Part shown: piece after piece, positions 19,522-28,985 of the stretch
Numbering within the stretch: the stretch's first letter is position 1
Layout: every line of letters begins with the position of its first letter
NCBI GenBank assembly: GCA_964632315.1
Contig: CAZWEM010000042.1
Location: 1,389 to 36,766, forward strand
Source of the DNA: an uncultured archaeon
Lineage (GTDB): Archaea; Asgardarchaeota; Lokiarchaeia; Sigyniarchaeales; SOKP01
Direction of reading: 5' to 3'
DNA: 35,378 nucleotides
Made by a program: the position numbers and the translations under genes
Notes under the pieces: generated by a model
Told to the model about the DNA's origin: nothing
Database searches by the model: none
The model's input: the letters and a program-made list of their open reading frames with translations, nothing else

Positions 19522-20631
19522 TCACTTAATAAATTCAAGGCAGTATTTTATCGCTGGAGTTATATGATAAGCAATACCTAAAATATGTGGACTTAAGCTT
19601 GCTTTAGGGTCATCATAAAACTCGTATTGGTGTGGAATGTTTAATTCATTAAGTGTTTCATGAATTTGTTCCGTTGCAATGGCAGATCCCATTTCATCAT
19701 CCCGAGCGCAGTTAATCATTAAATGAATTTGTTTCAGTGCTTCTGGACGCTTCTTAATCAAATTATTTATATCATAACTCATCCAGTTATCGAAGGAATC
19801 AGAGTCCATATCTATTACTTTCCCGCTTTCATCACGCTTAATTGATGGTAACAAGGGATTTTCTTTTGAAAAAATAAGATCACATGTGTCTAAAATATCT
19901 GTCCATGTTTTCTGCCCCATTCTTTTTGCGATTTTTTCACCAAAGAGTAGCTTGTTTAATGGGAAAATTAGTTCCCAATCAAGTAATTTAGGGACTAAAT
20001 TCCCTGGGCTTAAAGCGGCAGCAGCAATAAATTTCTCGGGATAAGAAAGAGATATTCTCAATGTTCCTGCGCCCCCCATAGAACCTCCTAATAATGCTCG
20101 ATGATGATTATCAGGAATCGTCCTGTAAGAGGAATCTATATATTCCAAGACATCCAGAGCGATATAATCCTTGTAATTACCAGAGAAGGAAGAATTGATG
20201 TAAAAGCTACCTTTCATAGCAGGTTCACCACTTAAATTTTTTGTATTGTTGATATTAATAACATGTAGACTTGCATCTGGTTGAACTAATATGAATGGTT
20301 TCAATTCTCCACTTTCAATTAACTCGTCTAGCTTCTCATAAGTTATCAATCTATCTAAATCGATATGCTCCAATATTTTTTTTGGAATGCGATCCAATGG
20401 GAGTGCTCTATTCTTTTCATTAGAAGCTGTGATTGTCCAATTATTATTACTACCACCGTATCCATGTAAAAAATAAAGCACGGGGTATTTTATATTATCT
20501 GAATCAAAATAATTTGGGGGTAAATAAATACGTAAATCACGATCAACTGGACTATTAAGTGGATTATCTTCTAAGCTCTTCGCTCGGAAATTATCGATAA
20601 TATATCTTTTATTCTGCTTTATTTCATCCAT
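19522..20631 (-). CDS. Putative esterase (Fes/CE1-like alpha/beta hydrolase)
   Basis: IYLPPNY, YPVLYFLHG, nucleophile elbow GGSMGG, candidate Asp (RDDE) and His (SPH). Confidence 0.88.
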   Translation of the reverse strand: MDEIKQNKRYIIDNFRAKSLEDNPLNSPVDRDLRIYLPPNYFDSDNIKYPVLYFLHGYGGSNNNWTITASNEKNRALPLDRIPKKILEHIDLDRLITYEKLDELIESGELKPFILVQPDASLHVININNTKNLSGEPAMKGSFYINSSFSGNYKDYIALDVLEYIDSSYRTIPDNHHRALLGGSMGGAGTLRISLSYPEKFIAAAALSPGNLVPKLLDWELIFPLNKLLFGEKIAKRMGQKTWTDILDTCDLIFSKENPLLPSIKRDESGKVIDMDSDSFDNWMSYDINNLIKKRPEALKQIHLMINCARDDEMGSAIATEQIHETLNELNIPHQYEFYDDPKASLSPHILGIAYHITPAIKYCLEFIK

Positions 20632-20687
20632 AAGAAATCACTATTTTATTATTCCAATTAATTTTAGTTCAAAGTTATAATGTGTTC

Positions 20688-22124
20688 TTATAATCCAATT
20701 TCTTTTAATTTTTGCGTATTTTTCAGCGCTTGTTCCTTGCTTATAGAGTACATCAAAGCAAATGCTATTGCTCCAATAAGCATTATGAAGAATGGAATTA
20801 AACTAATTTGTACTAATAATCCAACATATGCCGCTTCAGTATAAGTACTGGGGTCACCAGAAGCAAAACCGGTAAAGAAAGACACTATCGCAAAAATTAA
20901 GGTTTGGGTCGCATATGAATAAGCTGTAAAAATCCTTAGAACACCATTATAAGACCCTTCTTCTCGCTTGCCTGACTTAATTACGGCATTATCAATCGCT
21001 TCAGCTCCTATATAAATTCCCGTTACTATTACTCCTCCATAGCTAAAACCACCAAAAATACACAAAATGTTTAAGAGAGCAACTGGTAAGACGATTATCG
21101 AAAAGAGTAATAAGAAAAACAAGCTAAACAATGCCAAACTCACGATTCCACACTTTTTTGTTCCAAACTTCTTTACTAATGGTATAAAAATCAAAGAGCC
21201 TACAAACGTCATGATTAAGACAATTAATGTTGGAAGGATAGCCTGAATAGAATCTATTTCATAACCAAGTCCATCAAGCAAGAAAAAGGGTATTCCGTTT
21301 AAAAAGCAAATTCCTGCTATAGAATATAAGGTAAACATGATCAAGTATGCCATCCAATTTTTATCCGTGAATATTCTTTTGAGACTTTCCTTAATTGCAG
21401 AGTAACTTTTCTTTTGTTTATCAAGATTCACTCTGAATGCTCTAATTTCTTTATTTTCATATACACCATATGAGAATGGAATTAGCATGATGTAAAACAT
21501 TATTGTAGATATAATAACTGTTCCTAAATATGCTGAAGCAACATCCTTTCCACCCAATCTTCCTAAAATGATTGGAATCAGAAGTGCAGTAATAAAAATT
21601 TGGAAAACAATGGTTACAATCTGAGTCGCTCGTATACTCTTGCCACGTTCGCTTTGAGTTCGGAATAAATCTGGAAACAAACCAGATTGATTTATCTCTG
21701 CAGTCGTTCCAAACGTCTCAAAAATGCACATCATTACTATTAGCCACACGATTGAAAGGGTTAAATTACCTGGTTCATTTAAAACATCAGCAATTGGAAT
21801 GAAGGATAAGATTAAGAATATTGGTTGAAAAATCCGGCCAAACATTATCCAAGGAAATCGTTTCCCGTATTTCTGAGTAAATCTCGTTGTACGATCTGCC
21901 AAATACCCCAGTATTGGATCATTGAATGCATCAACCGTAGAATAGATAAAATAAATCATGAAAATAGTAATTTGTGGGATTAAAAGAATATGAGCCGAAA
22001 AATATTGAATTCTGCCCCATAAATTCGTCATTATTAAGGCAACAGGGCCTCCCATTGCCCATGCCCAGTACTTGATGCTTTTATGAGGCGTTCTTACATT
22101 CAAGTTAATGTTATTATTTGACAT
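20688..22124 (-). CDS. GPH-family (MelB-like) MFS glycoside:cation symporter
   Basis: DAFNDPILGYLADR...YGKRFPWI, 'LFPDLF', 'SGKREEGSYNG', 12 TMs. Confidence 0.9.
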   Translation of the reverse strand: MSNNNINLNVRTPHKSIKYWAWAMGGPVALIMTNLWGRIQYFSAHILLIPQITIFMIYFIYSTVDAFNDPILGYLADRTTRFTQKYGKRFPWIMFGRIFQPIFLILSFIPIADVLNEPGNLTLSIVWLIVMMCIFETFGTTAEINQSGLFPDLFRTQSERGKSIRATQIVTIVFQIFITALLIPIILGRLGGKDVASAYLGTVIISTIMFYIMLIPFSYGVYENKEIRAFRVNLDKQKKSYSAIKESLKRIFTDKNWMAYLIMFTLYSIAGICFLNGIPFFLLDGLGYEIDSIQAILPTLIVLIMTFVGSLIFIPLVKKFGTKKCGIVSLALFSLFFLLLFSIIVLPVALLNILCIFGGFSYGGVIVTGIYIGAEAIDNAVIKSGKREEGSYNGVLRIFTAYSYATQTLIFAIVSFFTGFASGDPSTYTEAAYVGLLVQISLIPFFIMLIGAIAFALMYSISKEQALKNTQKLKEIGL

Positions 22125-22311
22125 AATATTTCTTAGACCCCACTAATTATTTAAATCTTTAAAAATTTGAAAAAATTTGATATTGTTTGACAATCTCAAG
22201 AATAATAACCTACATTAAGAAGAAGAAAAAATAAAAAAGAATTATATATTTAAAATTTGAATTTCTTAATTAATGGTTGAATGATACTAGTGAATAGTAT
22301 AAAACAGATTT

Positions 22312-25300
22312 CTAAAACATGTATTGACATAAGATACTAAAATTTTGAATGACTTTCAAGTCAAGAACTTGATTAGTTCCTAATTGATCGTTTATTTCTG
22401 GTAATTCTTGGTCTTTATCCACGGTTTTGAATGTAAAGGAGCCTATGAGCATTCCTTTTCTCCATATTTCAACTACATAGGTTTGTGGAATTTTTGATGT
22501 CTTGAAATTTGTAATGTATAGCTCGCCGAGAGAATCAATACGATAATCAATTGAACTTGTACCAAACCTAGCATTTCGAAGGATTGTATTAGGATCGCTA
22601 AAAGCATAAATAAGGACATTAATTTCCTCATTTCTTACAAAAGGGGTATTGAGGTCTACTGATGCGTGGACTTTAAGTGAAAATTTCACGGGCATAGTTC
22701 GTCCAGCTTTATTATCTTCGGTAGAGGGTAACAATTCTAACACTGCCCAATTTCTTATACTAAAGGATGTTATATCCACACCAATATTATCGAACCTATC
22801 GCTTGTATTTGTAATAATCAAATATAAACCGTCGGGTAAAATTGTTGTATCAAAAAATAATTGCCACTCGTTTGTTACCTCGTTATATTCTACTGGTACA
22901 TTTTCAAAGTCATCATGAATAAAAATTCCATTTGCACCATTATCCTCACGAATAGTAAATTTTAGCCAAATAACATCATTGGTGTCCTCTACTGTCCATG
23001 TGAACATTATACCATCTTGTAGAGCTTGATCTTTCTTTGGAGTCACTACAGTAATAGATGGAGGAGTTATATCTTCAAATAGCGCAATTATTGAAAAACT
23101 CTCCACTTCACCATATATAATATTTGCCTCCGTATCTACCCAAGTTGTCACGTCAGTCCATATCTCGGATTCAGAATCCCAGTGTTTCAAATTAAGATGT
23201 TTTTCATTTCCCTTGACCAAGGTTTCATCATATTGAATAGCAATTTCAATTGTTCCTAAGAAAAAAGCCGTAGTTGATATATTATAATACGTATCAGTCA
23301 AAAGAAATCCCGAGGGAGGATCAGGACCTATATTATTAGTTATTATGCTTGTTGCACCAAAATCTGTAATCTCATCAAATGTTAGAATAATTCCCGTGTT
23401 TGAATCAATAACCTGCACTTCATTCCCTTCATAGGTCCAATAATCAACACCATTCAAAGGATCAGTTCCAAATAAATATACTTCATCACCATCTAATATT
23501 CCATCATTATCGGTATTTGCATTAAGAGGATCAGTCCCATAAATTAGTTCTTCATAAACATTTATAATTCCATCATTGTCTGAATCAATTGTAATCCAAG
23601 TTATTTCCTGCATGAAGGGATAAAGATCATACGCATATAAGCCCACAGATCCCCCCCATATATATTTTCTGCTATCCCCAATGCCATCACCATCAGCATC
23701 TTGGCCGATATAGTTGGACCAATAATTTCCTTCATTAAATTCAGGACTGTACCATAAATTATTCCCAGCATTCGTATCTCTTGCTTGATCTGTATTGTCT
23801 ATGAAATTATTGTGATATATAAGATTATCCCAACAAGCTTCTTGAGTATATGAATTAAACCGAATAAAAATTCCTCCCCAATTGAATTTTATCGTATTTG
23901 CTGCTAAAACATTATTGTTCGAATTTTCGCCAAGATTAAATCCGTAATTTGCATTCATCGCAATATTACCGATCAAAATATTATATGAACTACGAGACAA
24001 TGGAAATCCGGTATATTTGTTACAATCTGCTAGATTATTCAACATACTATTATAATTTGAATCTATGAAAGAGAATCCTTGTCCATTATTGATGGCCATA
24101 TTCTCAGAAAGGAAATTGTGATTGGAATTTTCTATTAAGCTAAAACCTTGTTCAGGATTTTCTAGCGCTATGTTATTAGTCAATTTATTGAAGTTTGATC
24201 CCAACCTCAGGTAAAAGCCTTTATATCTGCTTTGAGCAACAAGATTATTTGATAATAGATTATTTGAACTACCATAAAATAAGAACCCATAACCGCAATT
24301 TTTAATAATGTTGTTATTATATGTGTTAAAGTTAGCGAATTCGAGATAAAAACCATAAGTCCATCTTTCTACAACGACATTTTTAATAGTAACCCCTTTT
24401 CTACCATTTAATTCGAATGCTTTTCTCGTTCCAAGTCCTTTTAATCTATAACCATTTCCATCAATAACTATATTATCGGCGGTTATGACAATCGGTCCAA
24501 AGATGTCTCCATTAAATGTGAAATCAGAGTCAATGTAAAGTGTTGGCGATATTCCAGTCATTACCACAAATTCTGAGAAACTTGAGATGTTGCCATAAAT
24601 AATTTTATTCGATGAATCAATTAAAGTAGTTATATCCTCCCATTGATTATTTTCTGAGTTCCAATGCATTAATCTTGGATTTCCTACAGTATAAGGGATC
24701 GCTACGGTGATTACTCCTGAATAGCTAGCTGTATTAGTAATCTCGTAATATAGTCCAGAGACACTTAAACTTGATGGGGGATCATTTCCTGTATCGCTAC
24801 TAGTAACTATCGTTGTACCACTCTGAGTAATCGTGGTAAATGTTATACTGATACCTGAAATGGGATCATTTAATTCTATATTATTTCCAATAGGCGAGTT
24901 TTCTCCATCATCCCAAATTGGATAATTATCTTGAGCCCCAGCAAAGCCACTAATTATATAGGGAGAGTCTCCAATTCCATCATCATTAAAATCTACATCG
25001 AGATAATCATACCAGAAGTTTCCTTTCACTCCATCATCCCATTGATTATTCATCCCTTCATCAAATGCATTAACATCATTACCAGTAAAATTGTTATCTA
25101 AAAATACGTTGTCAGAACTGGCAGATAATATCTTAATACCATACAAGTTAAAAGTAATTTGATTACTAAAGAAATTGTTGTATGCGCAGGAATCAATAGA
25201 AAAACCGCATCCAGTATTATATGTAGCTAAATTGCCAGAAAATTCATTATTATAGGAATATCTGAGGATTTCAAAACCGTATAAATTTTCTGAGGCTATA

Positions 25301-26475
25301 TTTCCTATAATCTTATTATTAGCGCTACTAGTTAAAAAGATCCCATAGAATATGTTTTTAGTCGCATTATTATTTCCAAGAGTGTTACTAAAACTTGAAT
25401 ATATTCCAAAGCCATAAGAATTTTCTGTAGCCTTATTGTCAGTAAGAGAGTTATTTGAACCCCCAAATAAAACGAAACCATGGACGTTGCCTGATGCAAT
25501 GTTTTCTTTTATTTGATTAGAAGAACTCTGGTATAAATATATACCATTAGCATAGTTATCCTGAACAAAATTTCCAGAGATCAATATATCAATACAATGC
25601 ATTAAGCAAATTCCGTAATAATTATTCTCTGAGCAGTTATTATTAACTAACTTTCCATTCTTCACGTTATATAATTTGATTCCAGCATCATATTGATTTG
25701 AACCAGAATTATAAACAAGACAATTTTCAATTCTAAAATAAACATCTGAGTTTCTAATCTCAATCCCACTACCAGAATTTTGAGCGTTTAGTCTAATATC
25801 CTTAATAATATATGGATCGCTTAATGAACCTGAGCCAGTGCACCAAGGTTCTATGACAGCTTCAGCCCAGGTGTAATCTCCAGCTCCATTACTAATATCA
25901 TCGTCAATTATGAAGGGTGAAAGGTTATAAGAAGATGGAAAATTTAAAATTAGTACAGTTATATAAGAACCGGGTGGACCTCCAACTTCAATCTCAAATT
26001 CATTATATTGGTTGGGGAAATCGATAAATATTGCAATTGAATCAAATTCTTCATTGAAAAGTATACCACTTATTATTTCAATATCATTTATCCAAATTGA
26101 GGTTTGATTTGTTCGATGGTCGCCAATAATATCACCATTTCGGATATATAATATTGATTCTCCAGTAGTACTCACCGGTTCAATCAATCGTGTTTTGGTA
26201 TTAACCCATTCATCTAGACGAATAAAAGTTTCACCAAACAAAATTTCACATTGACCGCTATTATACAGTTCTTCAGCACGATCTTTTTCAGGATAATGGG
26301 GGGGCCGAGCTATAAACTCGACCATTTTTAACTCGTTAAAACCAGCGCTATTTGATAAATATACGATTCGGTCACCCTTAATCTCGGGGAAATGTTCTTG
26401 ACCAGGATCGTTAGTAACACGCACAGTTTCTCCAATTGCAAGATCGTGAAAATAGATATTCACCTCATCATACAT
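22312..26475 (-). CDS. Large cell-surface protein, C-terminal part: end of a beta-propeller, two NosD/CASH beta-helix + PGF-pre-PGF-like modules, TSP3-like Ca repeats, Ig-like and PxKF-like domains; in frame with 26539..27498
   Basis: Repeated 'GI.L..S.NN.I..N' beta-helix turns, GN.W.DY...D...DGIGD.PY (twice), DSDNDG/GTDPL repeats, 'KAGRTMPVKF'; no signal peptide of its own. Confidence 0.85.
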   Translation of the reverse strand: MYDEVNIYFHDLAIGETVRVTNDPGQEHFPEIKGDRIVYLSNSAGFNELKMVEFIARPPHYPEKDRAEELYNSGQCEILFGETFIRLDEWVNTKTRLIEPVSTTGESILYIRNGDIIGDHRTNQTSIWINDIEIISGILFNEEFDSIAIFIDFPNQYNEFEIEVGGPPGSYITVLILNFPSSYNLSPFIIDDDISNGAGDYTWAEAVIEPWCTGSGSLSDPYIIKDIRLNAQNSGSGIEIRNSDVYFRIENCLVYNSGSNQYDAGIKLYNVKNGKLVNNNCSENNYYGICLMHCIDILISGNFVQDNYANGIYLYQSSSNQIKENIASGNVHGFVLFGGSNNSLTDNKATENSYGFGIYSSFSNTLGNNNATKNIFYGIFLTSSANNKIIGNIASENLYGFEILRYSYNNEFSGNLATYNTGCGFSIDSCAYNNFFSNQITFNLYGIKILSASSDNVFLDNNFTGNDVNAFDEGMNNQWDDGVKGNFWYDYLDVDFNDDGIGDSPYIISGFAGAQDNYPIWDDGENSPIGNNIELNDPISGISITFTTITQSGTTIVTSSDTGNDPPSSLSVSGLYYEITNTASYSGVITVAIPYTVGNPRLMHWNSENNQWEDITTLIDSSNKIIYGNISSFSEFVVMTGISPTLYIDSDFTFNGDIFGPIVITADNIVIDGNGYRLKGLGTRKAFELNGRKGVTIKNVVVERWTYGFYLEFANFNTYNNNIIKNCGYGFLFYGSSNNLLSNNLVAQSRYKGFYLRLGSNFNKLTNNIALENPEQGFSLIENSNHNFLSENMAINNGQGFSFIDSNYNSMLNNLADCNKYTGFPLSRSSYNILIGNIAMNANYGFNLGENSNNNVLAANTIKFNWGGIFIRFNSYTQEACWDNLIYHNNFIDNTDQARDTNAGNNLWYSPEFNEGNYWSNYIGQDADGDGIGDSRKYIWGGSVGLYAYDLYPFMQEITWITIDSDNDGIINVYEELIYGTDPLNANTDNDGILDGDEVYLFGTDPLNGVDYWTYEGNEVQVIDSNTGIILTFDEITDFGATSIITNNIGPDPPSGFLLTDTYYNISTTAFFLGTIEIAIQYDETLVKGNEKHLNLKHWDSESEIWTDVTTWVDTEANIIYGEVESFSIIALFEDITPPSITVVTPKKDQALQDGIMFTWTVEDTNDVIWLKFTIREDNGANGIFIHDDFENVPVEYNEVTNEWQLFFDTTILPDGLYLIITNTSDRFDNIGVDITSFSIRNWAVLELLPSTEDNKAGRTMPVKFSLKVHASVDLNTPFVRNEEINVLIYAFSDPNTILRNARFGTSSIDYRIDSLGELYITNFKTSKIPQTYVVEIWRKGMLIGSFTFKTVDKDQELPEINDQLGTNQVLDLKVIQNFSILCQYMF
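23452..23588 (-). repeat. Thrombospondin type-3-like Ca-binding repeats within the surface protein
   Basis: DSDNDGIINVYEELIYGTDPLN / NTDNDGILDGDEVYLFGTDPLN; coordinates approximate. Confidence 0.7.
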
Positions 26476-26538
26476 TTGAGAACAGTCATTCCCTAAACAA
26501 CCTCCTGGGGGTTCATATGCTTCCCAAACAACATAGTC

Positions 26539-27498
26539 TCAATCCATTTGTATTTCACCCTGAAATGTGGGAGAATTAGAAATTAGCCAAAGTGCATGTG
26601 ACTCAATATTCATTCCCCATAACTCAGTTTTTAAATTATCGTTTACTAATTTAGAGAAGACTGTAATACCTTCACCGTTAACTGCAGTATATACTAAGTT
26701 TTCATAAGTGGGAGTAACTAATAATTTGGATGATATTCCTGTCTCTATGTTGCAAGTCCACAATTCTGTATTAACACAACTTCTCTCTAATCCTCTAATC
26801 CATACAACATAGTTTCCATCCAAAGCTGGTTTTTTTATAATTTCATGTTCAAAAAAGTCACTGACTTCAAACTGTTCAATAATTAAACTCTCACCTGTTA
26901 AGAGGTTGTATATATCTAATGAAATTCGGTAGAAAGTACCCCAGGACGGCCCAGAGTAGTATTCATGTACGAAAACCAGGTAAGGAAATGAAAGACTTAA
27001 ATCTTTATACTTATCATAATCATGAGCAGGAATTAAAGTAGAAACTTCATTATTATTATAATTAATTTTTAAAATTTCAGATGGCTCACTAGCAACTCCT
27101 GCACTACCCCTTTTAGCAATGATAGCATAGTGTTGATATGCTACATTACCATAATGTGGAATATAGCTACTCCCAATCAGCTCATGAATTTCTCCTCTTC
27201 CAATATCAAGAGCAAAAAGTTTAAAATAATTTGAATACACTGGATAAGTGACAATATCACCACTTATAGCAAAGCTGTGGGCAATATAATCTGGAAATGC
27301 TGGAAATGCTGCCAAGGTGGTATATTTAAAATTAAGAACATTAGATTTTAAAAGATCAGAGTCTATTGATTCTCTTTTCATTGATCCTTCATATAAGTTA
27401 TTATTTGGTTCATTTTGTAGTGTGTTTATTATTAAAATCATCGAAATTGCTAAGAAAACTAAACAAATTATATCTCGTTTTTTATTTGTAATTGTCAT
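26539..27498 (-). CDS. N-terminal part of the same surface protein (signal/TM anchor + beta-propeller), ending at an internal in-frame TGA
   Basis: KKR + hydrophobic N-terminus; propeller blades 'AISGDIVTY', 'PALDGNYVVW'; reading continues past TGA as 'MD*DYVVWE'. Confidence 0.8.
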   Translation of the reverse strand: MTITNKKRDIICLVFLAISMILIINTLQNEPNNNLYEGSMKRESIDSDLLKSNVLNFKYTTLAAFPAFPDYIAHSFAISGDIVTYPVYSNYFKLFALDIGRGEIHELIGSSYIPHYGNVAYQHYAIIAKRGSAGVASEPSEILKINYNNNEVSTLIPAHDYDKYKDLSLSFPYLVFVHEYYSGPSWGTFYRISLDIYNLLTGESLIIEQFEVSDFFEHEIIKKPALDGNYVVWIRGLERSCVNTELWTCNIETGISSKLLVTPTYENLVYTAVNGEGITVFSKLVNDNLKTELWGMNIESHALWLISNSPTFQGEIQMD

Positions 27499-27586
27499 TT
27501 AAGATATCACTCTCATTTTTGTATAATATGTTCATAACTTTCATTTTTAACAATAAATTTTTCACTTCGAATTTTTAATTAGATTT

Positions 27587-27610
27587 ACTGTAGCTACGAA
27601 CTGTAGCTAC
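27587..27610. promoter_or_regulatory. Tandem 11-bp repeat ACTGTAGCTAC x2 (each with the palindrome GTAGCTAC), operator-like
   Basis: Copies at 27587-27597 and 27600-27610, directly downstream of minus-strand TTTATAA (~27613-27619) for the surface-protein gene. Confidence 0.6.
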
Positions 27611-27700
27611 AATTATAAATCACCTTCGGTTTACTTGTTTCAATTCAGTTTTCACTCAATTTGCTTTTTGAAAATTTTTATTTTTTAATATGAATTTTAC

Positions 27701-27713
27701 AAAAAAAAAAAAA
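27701..27713 (-). terminator. T13 terminator
   Basis: A13 on + abutting the stop codon of the Fe-S gene. Confidence 0.65.
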
Positions 27714-28856
27714 TTAAATTTGCTTTTTTAACAACATTTTACCCATCATTTTCATCGTCCCAAGGAATCCCCGTTTCTTGATCATGATCTTTTGTAATAG
27801 TGCGTCGAAATCTTTTGGAGGCACCATTTCTTTTTCCTTCTTTTCGAGCGTGATTGCCGTTGACGGGCAGGTAACCACGCAATTTCCGCACCCTATACAT
27901 CTATCATAATCTATCGTGGCAACATTACTGACAAGCGATACAGCATCCATCTGGCATCGTTCAGTGCAGGTACCGCATCCTTCGCATATATCTGCATCCA
28001 CTATCACATGGAAGTTTGATGCAAAATAATCAGCGGGACGAGGGAATTGTTTTACCATAAGTAAATTTTGACAGCAATCCCCACAACATGCACAAATAAA
28101 CCCGGAGTCTTGTGAATTATTCGGTTGAAGCACCAATCCAAGCTCTTGATATTTCTTCAAGCGTTCCATTGCTTCACTTTTGGTGACCTTACGACCAGAA
28201 CCCAATTCTAAAAAGCCAGCTCCCAAATTGCCAAATCCCATACAAGTATCGGGTATATCTGTAACGCTACACGATCCTCCCAATACTCTTTTTTCTTGTT
28301 TGCAGACACAGTTCAGTATTACAATTGGTTCCTCAGCATTTTCCAAAAGTTTACTCACATCATCATAAGTACTGATATGATGTTCTGGTACTACGGCTTT
28401 CTCAACTGGAATTGTTCGCATTTGAGGGGGAACATTTGGCTTAAAGAATTCTTTATAAAATACGGATTTATTGTATTCTTCAGCAACTTCAGCTAATTCT
28501 ATATTAAGCTTATCCACTTGAAACTCAAACATGCCAATCGCATACTGAGCCGTGCTATATGTTTTTTTGTCGGGATCATTAAAACTTCCTCCCATGATTA
28601 ATCCTCTTTTCACTAAAGAATCTAATTGTTGCTCTAATTCTTCCAGTGTTATCCCAGTATGTTTAATACGCTTGTAAATACGTTCAATTGGTTCTGGTAA
28701 GGCACTCAAATATAATACTAAATTCGCTTCCTCCGGAGTGAATAAATGCTTTAAAATTCGTATTTCAGCACCAGATTCACTCCTTGGGAAGCCTACAGGC
28801 ATACGCTCGTCGATATGCTGCTGTAGTTTTCTATATACACCATTGGTTTCGCCCAT
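27714..28856 (-). CDS. 4Fe-4S binding protein (N-terminal HTH-like region, Cys-rich core, C-terminal 2x[4Fe-4S] ferredoxin)
   Basis: GMFEFQ, NCVCK, ICACCGDCC, CEGCGTCTERCQ, CIGCGNCVVTCP. Confidence 0.88.
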   Translation of the reverse strand: MGETNGVYRKLQQHIDERMPVGFPRSESGAEIRILKHLFTPEEANLVLYLSALPEPIERIYKRIKHTGITLEELEQQLDSLVKRGLIMGGSFNDPDKKTYSTAQYAIGMFEFQVDKLNIELAEVAEEYNKSVFYKEFFKPNVPPQMRTIPVEKAVVPEHHISTYDDVSKLLENAEEPIVILNCVCKQEKRVLGGSCSVTDIPDTCMGFGNLGAGFLELGSGRKVTKSEAMERLKKYQELGLVLQPNNSQDSGFICACCGDCCQNLLMVKQFPRPADYFASNFHVIVDADICEGCGTCTERCQMDAVSLVSNVATIDYDRCIGCGNCVVTCPSTAITLEKKEKEMVPPKDFDALLQKIMIKKRGFLGTMKMMGKMLLKKQI

Positions 28857-28939
28857 TTTCTCTTACCCTGCTTTTAGTTTTTTTTACTCTCATTAATATT
28901 TCTTTATTTGACAATTTTTATTTGTTCGAATATATAATC

Positions 28940-28985
28940 CTACTTTCAATAGTCTCATGAAAGTCCCAAGATATGTGAAAGTAAA
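28940..28985. repeat. Composite inverted-repeat element, copy 1 (cTACTTTCA-N27-TGAAAGTAaa)
   Basis: Arms at 28941-28948 and 28976-28983; internal TGAAAGT at 28958-28964; homologous to 30612-30657. Confidence 0.7.

Noticed and set aside
22125-22311. SECIS element for the TGA-containing gene
   Set aside because: The 3' region is AT-rich with no AUGA/GA kink-turn stem visible, and the TGA aligns with Gly, not Cys
26539-26541. Genome-wide TGA reassignment (genetic code 4/25) as the explanation of the internal stop
   Set aside because: Several complete genes here end properly at TGA (e.g. crotonase 6798, TetR 7632, GH36-like 12870, esterase 19522, wHTH-TPR 32617)
22312-27498. Diversity-generating retroelement target or TR/VR pair
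   Set aside because: No reverse transcriptase and no near-identical ~100-bp repeat differing at adenines seen; the internal repeats are old protein-level duplications
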